From Octopus sinensis (taxonomy: Eukaryota), in assembly GCF_006345805.1 (NCBI RefSeq), contig NC_043002.1, forward strand, positions 43,276,001 through 43,340,000: a stretch of DNA of 64,000 bases, in the 5' to 3' direction. A program made the translations under genes and the position numbers. Under the pieces are notes generated by a model. That model did not search any database and was not told the origin of the DNA. It saw nothing but the letters and a program-made list of their open reading frames with translations. Below, in pieces: positions 13,286 through 25,340 of this stretch. Each line of letters starts with the position of its first letter. Positions within the stretch are counted from its first letter, which is position 1.

Positions 13286-14231
13286 CAGAAAAAAAAAGTG
13301 GGGCACTCATAGACACCGCCCTAAACTGATTTTTTTGCTGAAGAATCTAATATTCGTTGGTGCTTCTACGTCCTTACATCAGCACTCTCTGAAGTGAAGT
13401 TCGGCTCCTCAGTTCTGAAACTTTAAGTTTAGTGATTAAATTTTTTTTAAAAACCCCCACAAAATGACTTAAATAATCAAATAAGGCTATTTTTATTTGA
13501 CTTAAATAATCAAATAAGGCTATTTTTATTTACAATGCAATCAATTTTTGTGTGCATGTCTAATTTCAAGGGCAATAATCCACGCAAGAAATAATTCATT
13601 CATTAAGAGTAATTTCCCTTTAACCAATTTCATATACGTAAACACTGAAGATATCTAATATTTTAACATTTTGATCTTTCGAATAATAAATAAAACAACT
13701 GGATAATCGTAGGGTGTAGAATGTACATTTTTTTCTCTTCATTTTAGAGCAGCAAAAACAAAAATAATTATTAAAGAATTTTACAGAATTCCGGGGAAGA
13801 TAAGTGATGACTAAATAAACAATTCCGTAGTGTTTTCACTTTTCCACTGGAAAATATGCAAATAAACAAGCCTGAGGAGTTTATCAATGTAACGAATCTA
13901 TTCAGAAAAGAGGCAACCATCGATTATATCAACATAACAGAAGAGGGTGTAATATCAGCCATTGACAAGATGAGATCAAACTCAGCAACAAGCCCAGATG
14001 GACTCCCGGCTGTTCTCTTAAAGACATGTAAAAAGGCTCTTGCAAAGCCACTGCAAGTACTTTTTCAGAGTTTCCTTGAATGTGGTAAACTTCCCACTCT
14101 GCTAAAAGAGGGTATAATATGCCCTGTCCATAAAGAAGGGAGCAGAGCATATGTTAAAAACTACAGGCCCATCTCTCTAAACTCACATGTTAGCAAGACA
14201 GTGAAATGCATTGTCAGAAAAAGGTTGATCA

Positions 14232-14650
14232 TAGGCGCAGGAGTGGCTGTGTGGTAAGTAGCTTGCTAACCAACCACATGGTTCCGGGTTCAGTCCCACT
14301 GCGTGGCATCTTGGGCAAGTGTCTTCTGCTATAGCCTCGGGCCGACCAAAGCCTTGTGAGTGGATTTGGTAGACGGAAACTGAAAGAAGCCTGTCGTATA
14401 TATGTATATATATGTGTGTGTACGTGTTTGTGTTTCTGTGTTTGTCCCCCTAGCATTGCTTGCCAACCGATGCTGGTGTGTTTATGTCCCAGTTACTTAG
14501 CGGTTCAGCAAAAGGGATCGATAGAATAAGTACTGGGCTTACAAAGAATAAGTCCCGGGGTCGAGTTGCTCGACTAAAGGCGGTGCTCCAGCATGGCCGC
14601 AGTCAAATGACTGAAACAAGTAAAAGAGTAAAATAGTAAGAGTAAAGAGT
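14232..14650 (+). mobile_element. tRNA-derived SINE (family 1), full length
   Basis: A/B-box-like head (tggctgtgtgg..ggttcagtcc), central (TG)n and tail ccagcatggccgcagtcaaatgactgaaacaagtaaaagag. Related copies at 43773-44172, 20750-20945, 36285-36450 and 56325-56460. Confidence 0.88.
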
Positions 14651-14798
14651 ATGTCCCTAGAAGAAAACAACCTTCTCACAAACATGCAACATGACTTCCG
14701 TCCAAGGAGGAGCTGCCTCACACAGCTTCTGCAGCACTTTGACTGGGTACTGAAACAACAGCTAAACCAGTCAGCTGTAGGTGTGATATACCTCGACT

Positions 14799-15235
14799 AA
14801 AATAATAGACAGAGAGCACCACTGGAAAATACGAAAACTAAAAGAAGCAGCGCATACGCTAGGACACAACAGCATCTTAAGCAGATCGAGTGCAGATATG
14901 AACAGCATATGGGAATCGATATTAAGGAAGGATAGGAGAATATTAAATTTATGAGCCCTAAAATTCTCTCCATAATTGCCCACGGGCATATGGCGTAGCG
15001 GTTAAGAGCGCAGGCTGCTAACCCCAAGATTCCGAGTTCGATTCCAAGCAGTGACCTTAATAATAATAATAATAATAACATCAAAAAATACCTTAGGAAT
15101 GAGAACCCAGGTTCAAAATTTCCCCAAGACACCTGATGAAGTCTAGAGGGTATATCAGTCAAAACGTTGTATCCGTCAAATATAAATAATGTAAATAATG
15201 TACATAATTCCTCATCTCTTAAATACAGAACTGTA
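14799..15235 (+). mobile_element. 5'-truncated Penelope-like element with 11-bp TSD
   Basis: TSD atacctcgact at 14788-14798 and 15236-15246. The 5' part reads KIIDREHHWKIRKLKEAAH..LSR..MNSIWESIL*, resembling a PLE GIY-YIG C-terminus. It is followed by a tRNA-like segment, (AAT)n and a CTGATGA motif. Confidence 0.8.
14984..15056 (+). pseudogene. tRNA-like Pol III cassette inside the PLE (not a functional tRNA)
   Basis: A box TGGCGTAGCGG, B box GTTCGATTCC and a CT-GCT-AA anticodon-like loop; acceptor stem poorly paired. Confidence 0.65.
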
Positions 15236-16849
15236 ATACCTCGACTTTGCTAAGGCCTTCGACAAGGTTGATCATAACATGATATGTCACAAGCTGCGAA
15301 ACCTTGGTATTACTGGGAAACTGGGAGAGTAGATGCATGACTTTCTGAAGGGCAAGAGTCAGACAGTTGTAGCTAATGTTGCTCACTCTGAAGAGACATT
15401 AATTTTCAGCGGAGTCCCACAAGAAACTGTACTGGGGTCACTACTATTTGTTTTGATCATTTCAGACATAGTTTCTGCGGTCGGCCAATCTGACCAGTTG
15501 TGCTGACGACACAAAAGTATCGCAGGTAGTTAGGAACCCAGAGGACATCATAAAACTTCAGAAAGACCTGAATGAAATCTACTAATGGGCTAACAAAAAT
15601 AACATGCAATTCAATGCTATGAAATTTCAGGCACTCCACTATCGGTCCAACGCCAGGATAAAATCGGAATACACTGGACCAGAAGGTAATACGATCTCAG
15701 AGTCAGAGTCAGTGCCTGGCCTGGGGGTTCACATGAACAATGATGCATCATTCTATGTGCATATTACCAAGGTGGGAACACTGTGCAGGCGAGTGGCTGG
15801 CTGGATTCTGAGGACATCCAGAACCAAGAATAGGGAGGCCTTGCTACTCCTATGGAGGACTTTAGTTCTCAGCTGCTTGGACTACTGCTCCCAATTATGA
15901 TCCTCAGAGAGTGCGAAATAAAACGTGGAACTCGAAGCAATCCAGCGCCAATACATAAAGAAGATTGACTCGATGCAAAAGATGGGTTACTGGCAGAGGC
16001 TAAAGGAACTGAGTCTTTATTCCAAGGAGAGAAGACGAGAGAAATATGCAGTGATGTACATTGGGGGGTTTAGTTCCCAATTTTGGAATTGACAGCTATA
16101 CCAATCCCCGAACTGGACGGCACTGCATCGTACCAAAGATCCCGTCTTCCTCATCTAAAATAAGGACACAGTAGTGCAATAGTCTGGGTTTCAAGGAGCC
16201 GCAATTGTTCAACATCCTGCCAGGCAACTTTAGAGATCGACATGGTGTTGATATGGAAGTTTTCCAGGAACGTCTGGACAGGTTTCTATCTGAGCTACCA
16301 GATGAACTCAGGTCGCGGCAAGAGACACAAAGAAGAGGAGCTCCGTCCACATCGCTACTTCACTAAAGACAATACTGGAAACAACACCGAGTAACTACAG
16401 GTGATGCACCAGCATAACCTCATGTCATGGAATTAAGAAAATGTCTGCTTAATTCCTATCTGGGTCAACCCTCACCTTTGTCTCGGCACCTTCCACTCTC
16501 TCCTTACTCCATACCAACTGCATCACCTTGTATCCTATGCACCCGCACTACATAATAATCTTCTTCTTTTATTCGTAGAGGACCTCTTGCATCAGTGGGT
16601 TCCCATTACGATAACACCGTCCCCCGTGTTGTTGTTGTTGTTATTATTATTATTACTTCACTAAAGACAATACTGGAAACAACACCGAGTAACTACAGGT
16701 GATGCACCAGCATAACCTCAGCCTTGGGCTGAAACCAATAAAAGTTAAAAGATTAGAATAAAAGTATTGTCTCTCTTTGATATTTTCTATCAGGAAGGGA
16801 GAGAGAGAGAGAGGTGTCAGTATTTGGATTGTCAATCAAGTCAATAAAA

Positions 16850-17730
16850 TATATATAAGAAGACAAATGGTGCATACAAGTCAAACGGGCAAATATTCTG
16901 CACTTCCACATGTAGTGAAAGATATGTATGTACTATGAATACATCTAATCCCGGCAATCGGATAAAACCTACAACGGATTCCCTCGCTCTAAGCGCGTAC
17001 GAACCCCACCAAGTATGCTGTACTATCGCATGAGACTACCACATTAGACTCCGATCAAAAACCCTCCGACTACCCCCAGATTGGATGCGTACTTGGGAAC
17101 CCTCATGGTTTGGGCCTGCGCTTGTATAACTGTCGGTCTGCGAGATCTTACCCTCTAGGCGGTTATTATATGAGGAAGAATGTGGTCTATAAGTGCACAT
17201 TGGTAATTGATAGTGCCACTATATACTATTTAGGATCCACTGCTGACCTCATCAAATAGAGGATCTCTTCGCACCTACACGCATTCAATTACTCTAAACT
17301 CCGGCACACTACATCTTTAGCCAAATACCTATTTAATCAAAAGGTGTCGAATATGCGCAACACTGGTCGATAATAGACGCTGCACCTCTCAACCAACTTC
17401 TTAGGTGTCATTGTATACTCCACCTGTGTGATGCTATTGTCATAATCACAGTTGATGGATCTTCTTTACTCAAGAAGTGAACTGAATTCGTGATTAATAG
17501 CAAACATTGCAGAAAATGTCTGCTTAACTCCTATCTGGGTCAACCCTCACCTTTGTCTCGGCACCTTCCGCTCTCTCCTTACTCCATACCAACTGCATCA
17601 CCTTGTAACTGCATCACCTTGTATCCTATGCACCCGCACTACATAATAATCTTCTTCTTCTTTTATTCGTAGAGGACCTCTTGCATCAGTGGGTTCCCAT
17701 TACGATCACATAATAATAACACCGTCCTCC
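16850..17730 (+). mobile_element. Penelope-like element 3' remnant (GIY-YIG endonuclease)
   Basis: NCRSARSYPLGG..KNVVYKC...YYLGST..IK*RISSH..F..HTTSLAKY matches the PLE Cys-linker plus GIY-YIG pattern. Confidence 0.75.
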
Positions 17731-17745
17731 GTGTTGTTGTTGTTG

Positions 17746-17788
<43 letters not shown>

Positions 17789-17791
<3 letters not shown>

Positions 17792-20187
17792 CTGTCAAGA
17801 AGTAAGAGGTATGGCACAATTAAAGTGAGATTTGCTACAGAAGACGTAGCAAAACAGCATTCAACAGACCAGCTGAGAAACAGTGAACTTATACTAGTTC
17901 CAACATACTCGGGAGGGCGCGTCGCCAAGATGAAAATACTGGTGATGCCACCAGAAATGAACTCTTGCTGGATTGTAGCGGCCGTCTTTCTCGACTGAGG
18001 AGATAAAATCAGAATCTTACAAGTCGAGAAACAAGGAAAAACAACTGAACTGGTTAGGAATTGGAAATAATGGTCCAAATAAACCAAGACATCTTAGGTG
18101 CACATTTGGATTGTGTGTGGCTAGCCGATAGGAAAGTGGGGTTGCAAAAGTCTCGCAAACCTGCTCAGACGCTTTCAACTATCTGACAGGTACCGACTGG
18201 ATTGTCCGAATGTGCCAATGTAGACATGAGCAAATTGCATCGGAACATCAAGATCGTATCTAGATAGAGTATTTTGCAGGTCTTGAGATAGGAATAGTAG
18301 TAGTTGTCCACAAATATAAAATAGTCGGTTACAAAAATCACAAATTGGTAACCTATAAGGTCGACTTAGATAACATACGTAGACAGGGCCCCGGCTCCTG
18401 GAAGCTGAACACCTCACGCCCAGCGTGCCAAACTTATAGAGACCGGATTAAAGGGTTAGTTCAGAAAGCTTTGATGAGGGTAGTCGTTAACGATAAATGC
18501 TGGTATAGCCTAAAAAGAGCCATGAAAGCAGAATCCGTTAAATTTAGCAAATTTTTAGCTGTAGAAAGAAATAGATTACAGAGTGATTTAGTGAGAAAGT
18601 TAGAAGAGGCGCTTAGGAAAGGCATTGCAACTGACGTGCTGGCAGCGAGGTTCGCCCTCGATGAGCACTTCAACACCAAGCACAAAGGTTACATTGTCAG
18701 AGCTAACTAACGTGCTCTAACTAACGTGCTGAGGCGCAACATGGCAACAAAACACCATTCGGTCTTTGGTAGACCAAACTGAGCACACGCTGAACGAACC
18801 GGCGCTGATGTGTACGGGTTTTCAGCAGCATTTTGCCGAATTGTTCGGGACGAACGGTAGGCCAGATCGCAGGATGGATTTTACTGTCTACTCAGATGGT
18901 CTGCCACGACTCACAGCAAGAGATGCGGAGTGTTGCGAAAGGCCGATAACAACTGAGGAAATACAGGACGAGACAATGGGTTGACTAATATCTAAAGCAA
19001 CTGGCAACAGAATGAGGGAATTCCCAAATATGTGAGCCAAGGAGCAGTGCTACTGCTGAGAAAGGATCCAAACAAGGGGAAGGTATTAGATAATTTTAAA
19101 CCCATCACTCTGCTTAATAAAGACATGAAACTTTTGGCCAAACTGGCTGGTGACGCACAAACATGCGCTGTCCCAAATAGTTCCATCCACAACAACCTCC
19201 ACCTCATGCGCTACATTGTGGATAGGGTAGTTAAGAACCCTGGCATGGGTAGGGCTCTGATCAATTTAGATCAGTCAAAATCCTTTGATAGGGTTAGCCA
19301 TCAATATCTAGCGGTCGTTCACACTGCGGCCAGTTTCGGTCCGGTTTTCCGCGATTGGATCGCTGCCATGTACTGCGACATCAGCTCGGCAGTCCTGGCG
19401 AATGGTGACCTATCGGAACCATTCAACATCGTGTGTTCGGTCCCTCAAGAGTGCCCACTCTCGTCCCTTCTGAATGTATTGATCCTCGAACCATTACTTC
19501 GGAAACTGGAGACGTTTAGAGGCATCTCACGTGAACTAGGATGTGGGAGAGTTGTGTCGGACACGTCATAGAGTCGGGCGACAAGCACATATACCAGGTC
19601 AGCATTACTGTGAAAGAATACGAGGAAGTAACAGGAGTGGAGATTAATACGGAAAAGAGAGTGGGCCTGCAATTCGACACCTGGAGGGGCAGATCCATGC
19701 CGACTGAGAGCGTTGTAGGACGTTGGACGGTCGGGCCCGTAAAATTGCTCGGGTTCTGGTTCGGAACGGACCTCCAGCAGGAAACGAACTGGAGTGAGGT
19801 GACGAGCAGGGTAGCCAGTCTCACCCAGAAACTATCCTTGAAGCTCGGGTAGAAGTGGCTAAGACATACGTCACCTCAGTCATTTACTACCGCCTCACCG
19901 TCGTGTCTCACTCTACTTCGTACCTGGTCAGGCTGGAGCGTCTGCTTTTCCAGCTCTTATGGAAGGGGCGGACTCCGCTGGTCAGGCGCTCCACTTGTTG
20001 TCAACATCCTATGAATAAAGGGCTGGGTAAGCCGTGTCTCTTGATGGGCGGACATGCGGTGAGGCTGCGGCATATCCAGCGTTTCCTCGGTTGGCGTGTG
20101 TCAAACTGGCTTTCCCGCAGCTCATCTCTTTCAGTGAGCTGTAATCTCGGATCAAGCGTAGACCGAGGCTGGGTGTCTGGTGCCTCC
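17789..20187 (+). mobile_element. Tx1/L1-clade LINE, degenerate and internally deleted
   Basis: ORF1-like KRYGTIKVRF; APE end YLDRV..HKLV..GPGSWKLN; RT motifs KPITLLNKDMKLLAK, QTCAVP..IHNNL, LDQSKSFDRVSH and VPQECPLS. Confidence 0.85.
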
Positions 20188-20233
20188 AAGATATATTTAT
20201 ATATGTTATACATATATATGTTATACATATATA

Positions 20234-20285
<52 letters not shown>

Positions 20286-20292
20286 ATATATA

Positions 20293-20620
20293 AAACTTAG
20301 ATAAACTTAGATATGTTTCGACCAAAGATTGGTCCAGGCCATGTCTAACTTAATAGCACTACCTGATAGGATTATCTAAATCCTGTTTAAGTCAAGTTTT
20401 GTTTATGGTCCATTCAAGTAGTGAGTTCTTGTTGAGTGAGTTGTACCCATGTATGGGTGGCTTGGCTTATCCGGTATTCCTTGAAGAAGTCTGTCCAGAC
20501 TCCGTTTAAAGGTGATGGGATCCTTTTCCTCTTTGATCTCTGTCGGGATGTTTTCATGTCGGTCTGCAGATGAAATGTTTCCAACGCCGGGCTTTTCAGT
20601 GTTGTTGAATGTGGTTGATT
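20293..20620 (-). mobile_element. Internally deleted CR1 copy (same family as 62071-64000)
   Basis: 20355-20548 matches 62078-62267 and 20550-20582 matches 63958-63990; the 3' hairpin tail is retained. Confidence 0.82.
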
Positions 20621-21114
20621 TATAATAATGAAATGAGAAGAGAAGAACGAGACCTCGATATTATGAAAATAGAGGAATTTATATCTATATAGTATAGGAG
20701 AATCAGTAAATTGTCATAATCATGCCAGCCAGCATCCCTACTACCTCCAAGCCCGCCTTATATATGTATGTATGTGCGTGTGTGTGTGTGTGTGTGTGTG
20801 TTTGTGTCTGTGTTTGTCCCACCACCAGTATTGCTTGGCAACCGATGTTGGTGCGTTTGCGTCCCTGTAATTTAGCTGTTCAGCAGAATAAACTGATAGA
20901 ATAAGCATGACCACCGTCAAATGACTGAAAAAGAATAAAAGAATACCAGAAAAACGTTGTGTACCACTAAACCAAGAAGATTCTTTGAATATATGTACGA
21001 TATATTTGAAGGTTAAATAGTAGTTCTGTTTACGTTTGTGTAACTAAGATATTTTGGTTGAATTATATAGTCAGTGGTGTTACGTTACTTTTTATATTCT
21101 GTAACTATCACAAT

Positions 21115-21270
21115 ATACCTTTCTAGGCATGAAATTTTTGTGGGGAGGGGGCCAGTTGATTAGATCGACCTCAGTACATAACTGGTACTTCATTTATCGG
21201 CCCCGAAAGGACGAAAAGTAATGTCGACCTCGGAAAAATTTCAACACGGAACGGAGAAACAGACGGTCAT
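21115..21270 (-). mobile_element. SINE family 2 fragment
   Basis: Reverse complement of the gaggtcgac..tttcggggtcgataaa..gtaccagt core seen at 47953-48172. Confidence 0.7.
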
Positions 21271-21431
21271 AATATGCAAACATTTCTCATGGCACCAGTA
21301 CACTGTTTATAGATGTTTACGTTTTTTGTTTTCTGTGAAGTTACCACGGGTCTAGCTAGTTATTATTATTATTATTATTATTATTATTTTATTATTATTA
21401 TTATTATTATTATATTATTATTATTATTATT

Positions 21432-21822
21432 ATTCAGTAGTTTTATTTTTATAGTGTGCTTTCACTTCACTACCGAGCCTTGGGTATGTGCTGTGATTTG
21501 TTGTGATGCTCTGATGGTTATTGTATGGAAAGTGTTCTGCGTAGGATGTGCAGTGCCTAGTAGTGCAATTTTCTGCATGTTATATGTGTTCGTAAGTCCT
21601 GGTGTTTTTGTTATGTATTTGTCTGAATATTTTTTTTATCATGCCTAATGCACCTACTATGATAGGAATTGTTTCTGTTTTTAGATTCCACATTCTGGTT
21701 ACCTCTATTTCCAGGTCTTTGTATTTTGAAAGTTTCTCCATTTCTTTTAGAGACACGTTGTCATCTGCCGGTATTGATACATCAATTAGAAAGCATTTTT
21801 TTTCTTCATGATTCCTGACAAC

Positions 21823-21825
<3 letters not shown>
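21432..21825 (-). mobile_element. Short 3' fragment of R4/Dong-like family B
   Basis: Nearly identical to 25933-26340; (ATT)n on both sides. Confidence 0.9.
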
Positions 21826-21879
<54 letters not shown>

Positions 21880-21883
21880 CATT

Positions 21884-22446
21884 GAGTGAGTGAGAGAGCA
21901 GTGCCTGTCATCAAAGTGACACTGGGGTAAAATATACGAAGCCCAGTATACCCATCATCATTACCTGTCTGACAAGGGTACACCAGGCACATTCATCACA
22001 GCCATATGTGCGCGACATGGTGATCTCATATCAATATAAACAGCACATGACCTTGCAGGTGGGGCCCAGTTAGAATTTTCTTCTGGTCGAGTAACCCATT
22101 CCGCTCAAAAGGTCCATGAATAAGGGTTGTTTAAGGATATTGAACGAAACACCCTTGTTTCCAGAGGTGAATTATTCAAACCCTAAATAATCCCTCTCAA
22201 CACATGGCTATGATGCTCTCTCACTACTTCTGCTCGTGATCAGAGATGCTCATATCGTCAGCCACTAAGGGACATGCTTAACTGGTTAAGGTCAAGAAAC
22301 TGACAAGCAAATCTGTGGTATTGAGCAGAATATTTGCTGTAGCCCATCTATTATTGCAAGACAAAACAATATACATGATAACACTTCCAATCAGTTAAGA
22401 TCAGAAGCCACGAGAGCCACTGCCTGGTACTGCATCAGGGTATTTG

Positions 22447-22482
<36 letters not shown>

Positions 22483-23029
22483 GAGTGAGAGAGCAGTGCA
22501 TGCCATCAAAGTGACACTGGGGTAAAATATACGAAGCCCAATATACCCATCATGACTACCCGTCTGATAAAGGTACACCAGGCACATGCATCACAACCAT
22601 ATGTGCGCGACATGGTGATCTCATATCAAGATAAACAGCACATGACCTTGCAGGTGGGGCCCAGTTAGAATTTTCTTCAGGTTGAGTAGCCCATCCCGCT
22701 CAAAAGGTCTCTGAATAAGGGTTGTTTAAGGATGTTGAAAGAACCACCCATGTTTCCAGAGGTGAACTATTCAAACCCCAAAGAATCCCTCTCAACACAT
22801 GGCTATGATGCTCCCCCACTACCTCTGCTCGTGATCAGAGATGCACATATCGTCAGCCACTAAGGGACATGCTCAACTGGTTAAGGTCAAACAACTGACA
22901 AGCAAATCTGTGGTATTGAGCAGAATATTTGCTGTAGCCCATCTTTTATACCAAGACAAAACAATGTACATGATAACACTTCCAATCAGTTAAGATCAGA
23001 AGCCATGAGAGCCACTGCCTGGTACTGCA

Positions 23030-23031
<2 letters not shown>
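21884..23031. mobile_element. Two same-orientation copies (21884-22441 and 22483-23031) of a ~550-bp non-coding repeat, separated and flanked by (ATT)n
   Basis: The copies align end to end with scattered substitutions; no ORF or tRNA head recognised. Confidence 0.8.
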
Positions 23032-23087
<56 letters not shown>

Positions 23088-23089
23088 TT

Positions 23090-23330
23090 ATGGCCTAGTG
23101 GCTAAGTTGTTGCATTCTCGATTGTGAGATGGTGGTTTTAGTTCCTAGACAGCGTGGGACATTGCGTTCTTAAGCAAAACATCTCACTTCGACATCTGAT
23201 GCTTGGCACTCCGTTTCCCTGTTCAGGCAACATTTATATGAGGAAGAGAACGAGCTAATATACGATACGAACATTTGATCACTAAAACAAATCATTTGTG
23301 TAGGTCGTGCGGCAAAAGTTGAACGCTCAT
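23090..23330 (+). mobile_element. Degenerate tRNA-derived SINE (family 3-related)
   Basis: tggcctagtgg..ggttttagttcc head; tail shared with 38885-39010. Confidence 0.6.
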
Positions 23331-23571
23331 TATTTTTTTTCTATTGTATTTCGTTGTTGCTTTATGTAAATTTAATCGAACAGATCTCTGATTAAAGGTA
23401 TTCCAACCGTGACCACTCCATCTTTTTAGCTCACATTATCCATTCTGTCGGTTTCTTATTTAAAAAACTGTTGGATGCTTTCGATTTGAAGAAAAATTTC
23501 ACCGTTTATTCTGCATCTCTCTTTGCTAGAATTTTCCCTTTTTGTTTCTCCTCATACTCTGTGTGCGATTG

Positions 23572-23625
23572 CTCTCTCTCTCTCTCTCACTTGCTTTCTT
23601 TTTTTCTTTCTTTCTCTCTCTCTCA

Positions 23626-23667
<42 letters not shown>

Positions 23668-23736
23668 GTCTTTCTTTCTTTCTTTCTTATTTTCTTTCTT
23701 ATTTTCTTTCTTATTTTCTTTGTTTCCTTCTTTCCT

Positions 23737-23784
<48 letters not shown>

Positions 23785-24303
23785 TCATTTCAGTTCTCTT
23801 TCCTATTTCTTCTCTAATAAGTCTCCCGTTTACTTATTACCCGTCCTATTGAAGCACTCCTCCTCTTTGATTGTCTTCATCTCATTTTCTTATTTTCTCT
23901 CTCACTGCTTTTCTCTCGAAGTCTGCCTATTATTTTTTTTCTTTACTTAGCCTCGCTTTCATAAGATTTCTTCCTTTCTCCCTCTCTTTCTCTTCGCTGT
24001 CTCTCTCTCCCGCTGTCCCCCTCTCTCTCTTTCTCTCCTCCTCCTCCTCCTCCTCCTCTCTTGTCCTCTTCCTCTCTCTCTCTCTTATTAGTTTATTTAT
24101 TCTTTTCATTTCACGTTTCAATAAGTTCCTAAAATTGCTAATATATATACCTGAAAGTACGTTGCTGTGCCTAGATAAATATGTGTGTGCTTTTAGTTGT
24201 TTCTGTTTGCGTATGCCATTTTATCTCCACACGTACATACATACATTGCCACCACGTGCACATATATGTCTGAATATATATATATATATATATAATATAT
24301 ATA

Positions 24304-24380
<77 letters not shown>

Positions 24381-24665
24381 TGTATGGATGTATGTGTGTA
24401 TGTATGTATGTGTGTATGTATGTATGTATGTATGTATATATATATACATACATACATACATACACACACACATACACAAACACACACACACACATATATA
24501 TATATACAATGTCTTTATAATTATATGCTTGGATAATTGTATGTGTGCGAGCGCTTGAGTGTGTAGGCGTGAGTATGTATGAGCGTGTGTGCGTTTGTGT
24601 GTGTATATGTTTGAGGGCGTGTTTTTGTGCGCATGTGTCTGTGTATGTGTGCGTTCGTGCATGAG
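23572..24665. repeat. Simple-repeat block: (CT)n, (TTTC)n, (TA)n, (TATG)n, (CA)n/(TG)n
   Basis: Direct inspection. Confidence 0.9.
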
Positions 24666-25340
24666 TTTGTATATTCATGCTCTGAGTTTTAACATAAAAG
24701 CCAACGATCCATTTATACACATACTCACTCTCCAATATGCGAATACAAGTATACATGCATATGTGCAAACATACGCACTCGTTCAGGTGACAGTAAAACT
24801 AGACGACTAGTTGATGTATAATGGCAGAACGCACATTATATGGAATATCATGCACCAAGAAATCAATATCTACTTTAGCTGACAACATTCAGCGAATAGA
24901 AATAATAAATGGTTCTCTGAGATGGTATTATTCAGTCAAATCGAATTCGAGCTTCTTGATCATTCCTGCTAATTTCCACTGTCAAATGCAGGCTGTCCTT
25001 TCTATACAGGTTAACAATCTAGTTCCCGTTATACACTACCTTTTTTAAGCCTTCTGTTTTGATCTATTCATTGAGATTTTATTTATTTCTTTTCTATAGA
25101 AAGTACGTTTTTTATTATTCAAATTGAGAGATATTTGTGTAGGTTTACGTGAAGAAAATACAAGAGAAAGAAAAAAAGTCACAAACGGGGAAGAGAATTC
25201 TAATTGTCTTTTATAATACATTATTATCATGAACATAATGGCAAATGTGATAAGTTGGAAGAAATAGAAAACCACCTTATTAGATGTCTTAGAGGATTTA
25301 GTTTCTATCTTCTGTTACGTCCTGAGTGCATATATCTTAC

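Larger units (their letters stand above)
13800..16755 (+). mobile_element. CR1-clade LINE, degenerate, interrupted by a SINE (14232-14650), a PLE (14799-15235) and a local duplication (16423-16653)
   Basis: SPDGLP..NYRPISL; QHDFRPRRSCLTQL; IYLD/FAKAFDKVDH split by an insertion; SGVPQ; ADDTK; LDYCSQLW. 3' hairpin and AAAAG-type tail at 16700-16755. Confidence 0.88.

Noticed and set aside
14595-14620. Stem followed by GAAAC in SINE/CR1 tails as a hammerhead
   Set aside because: There is no CUGANGA box or cleavage triplet; it is better explained as a LINE 3' recognition hairpin.
14984-15056. Functional tRNA-Ser(GCT) gene
   Set aside because: The acceptor and anticodon stems pair poorly, there is no long variable arm, and it is embedded in a retroelement.
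17660-17705. Minus-strand ctgatgc..agagg/cctct..cgaat as a hammerhead
   Set aside because: Two core mismatches, no stem I or III, and it is antisense to the PLE ORF.
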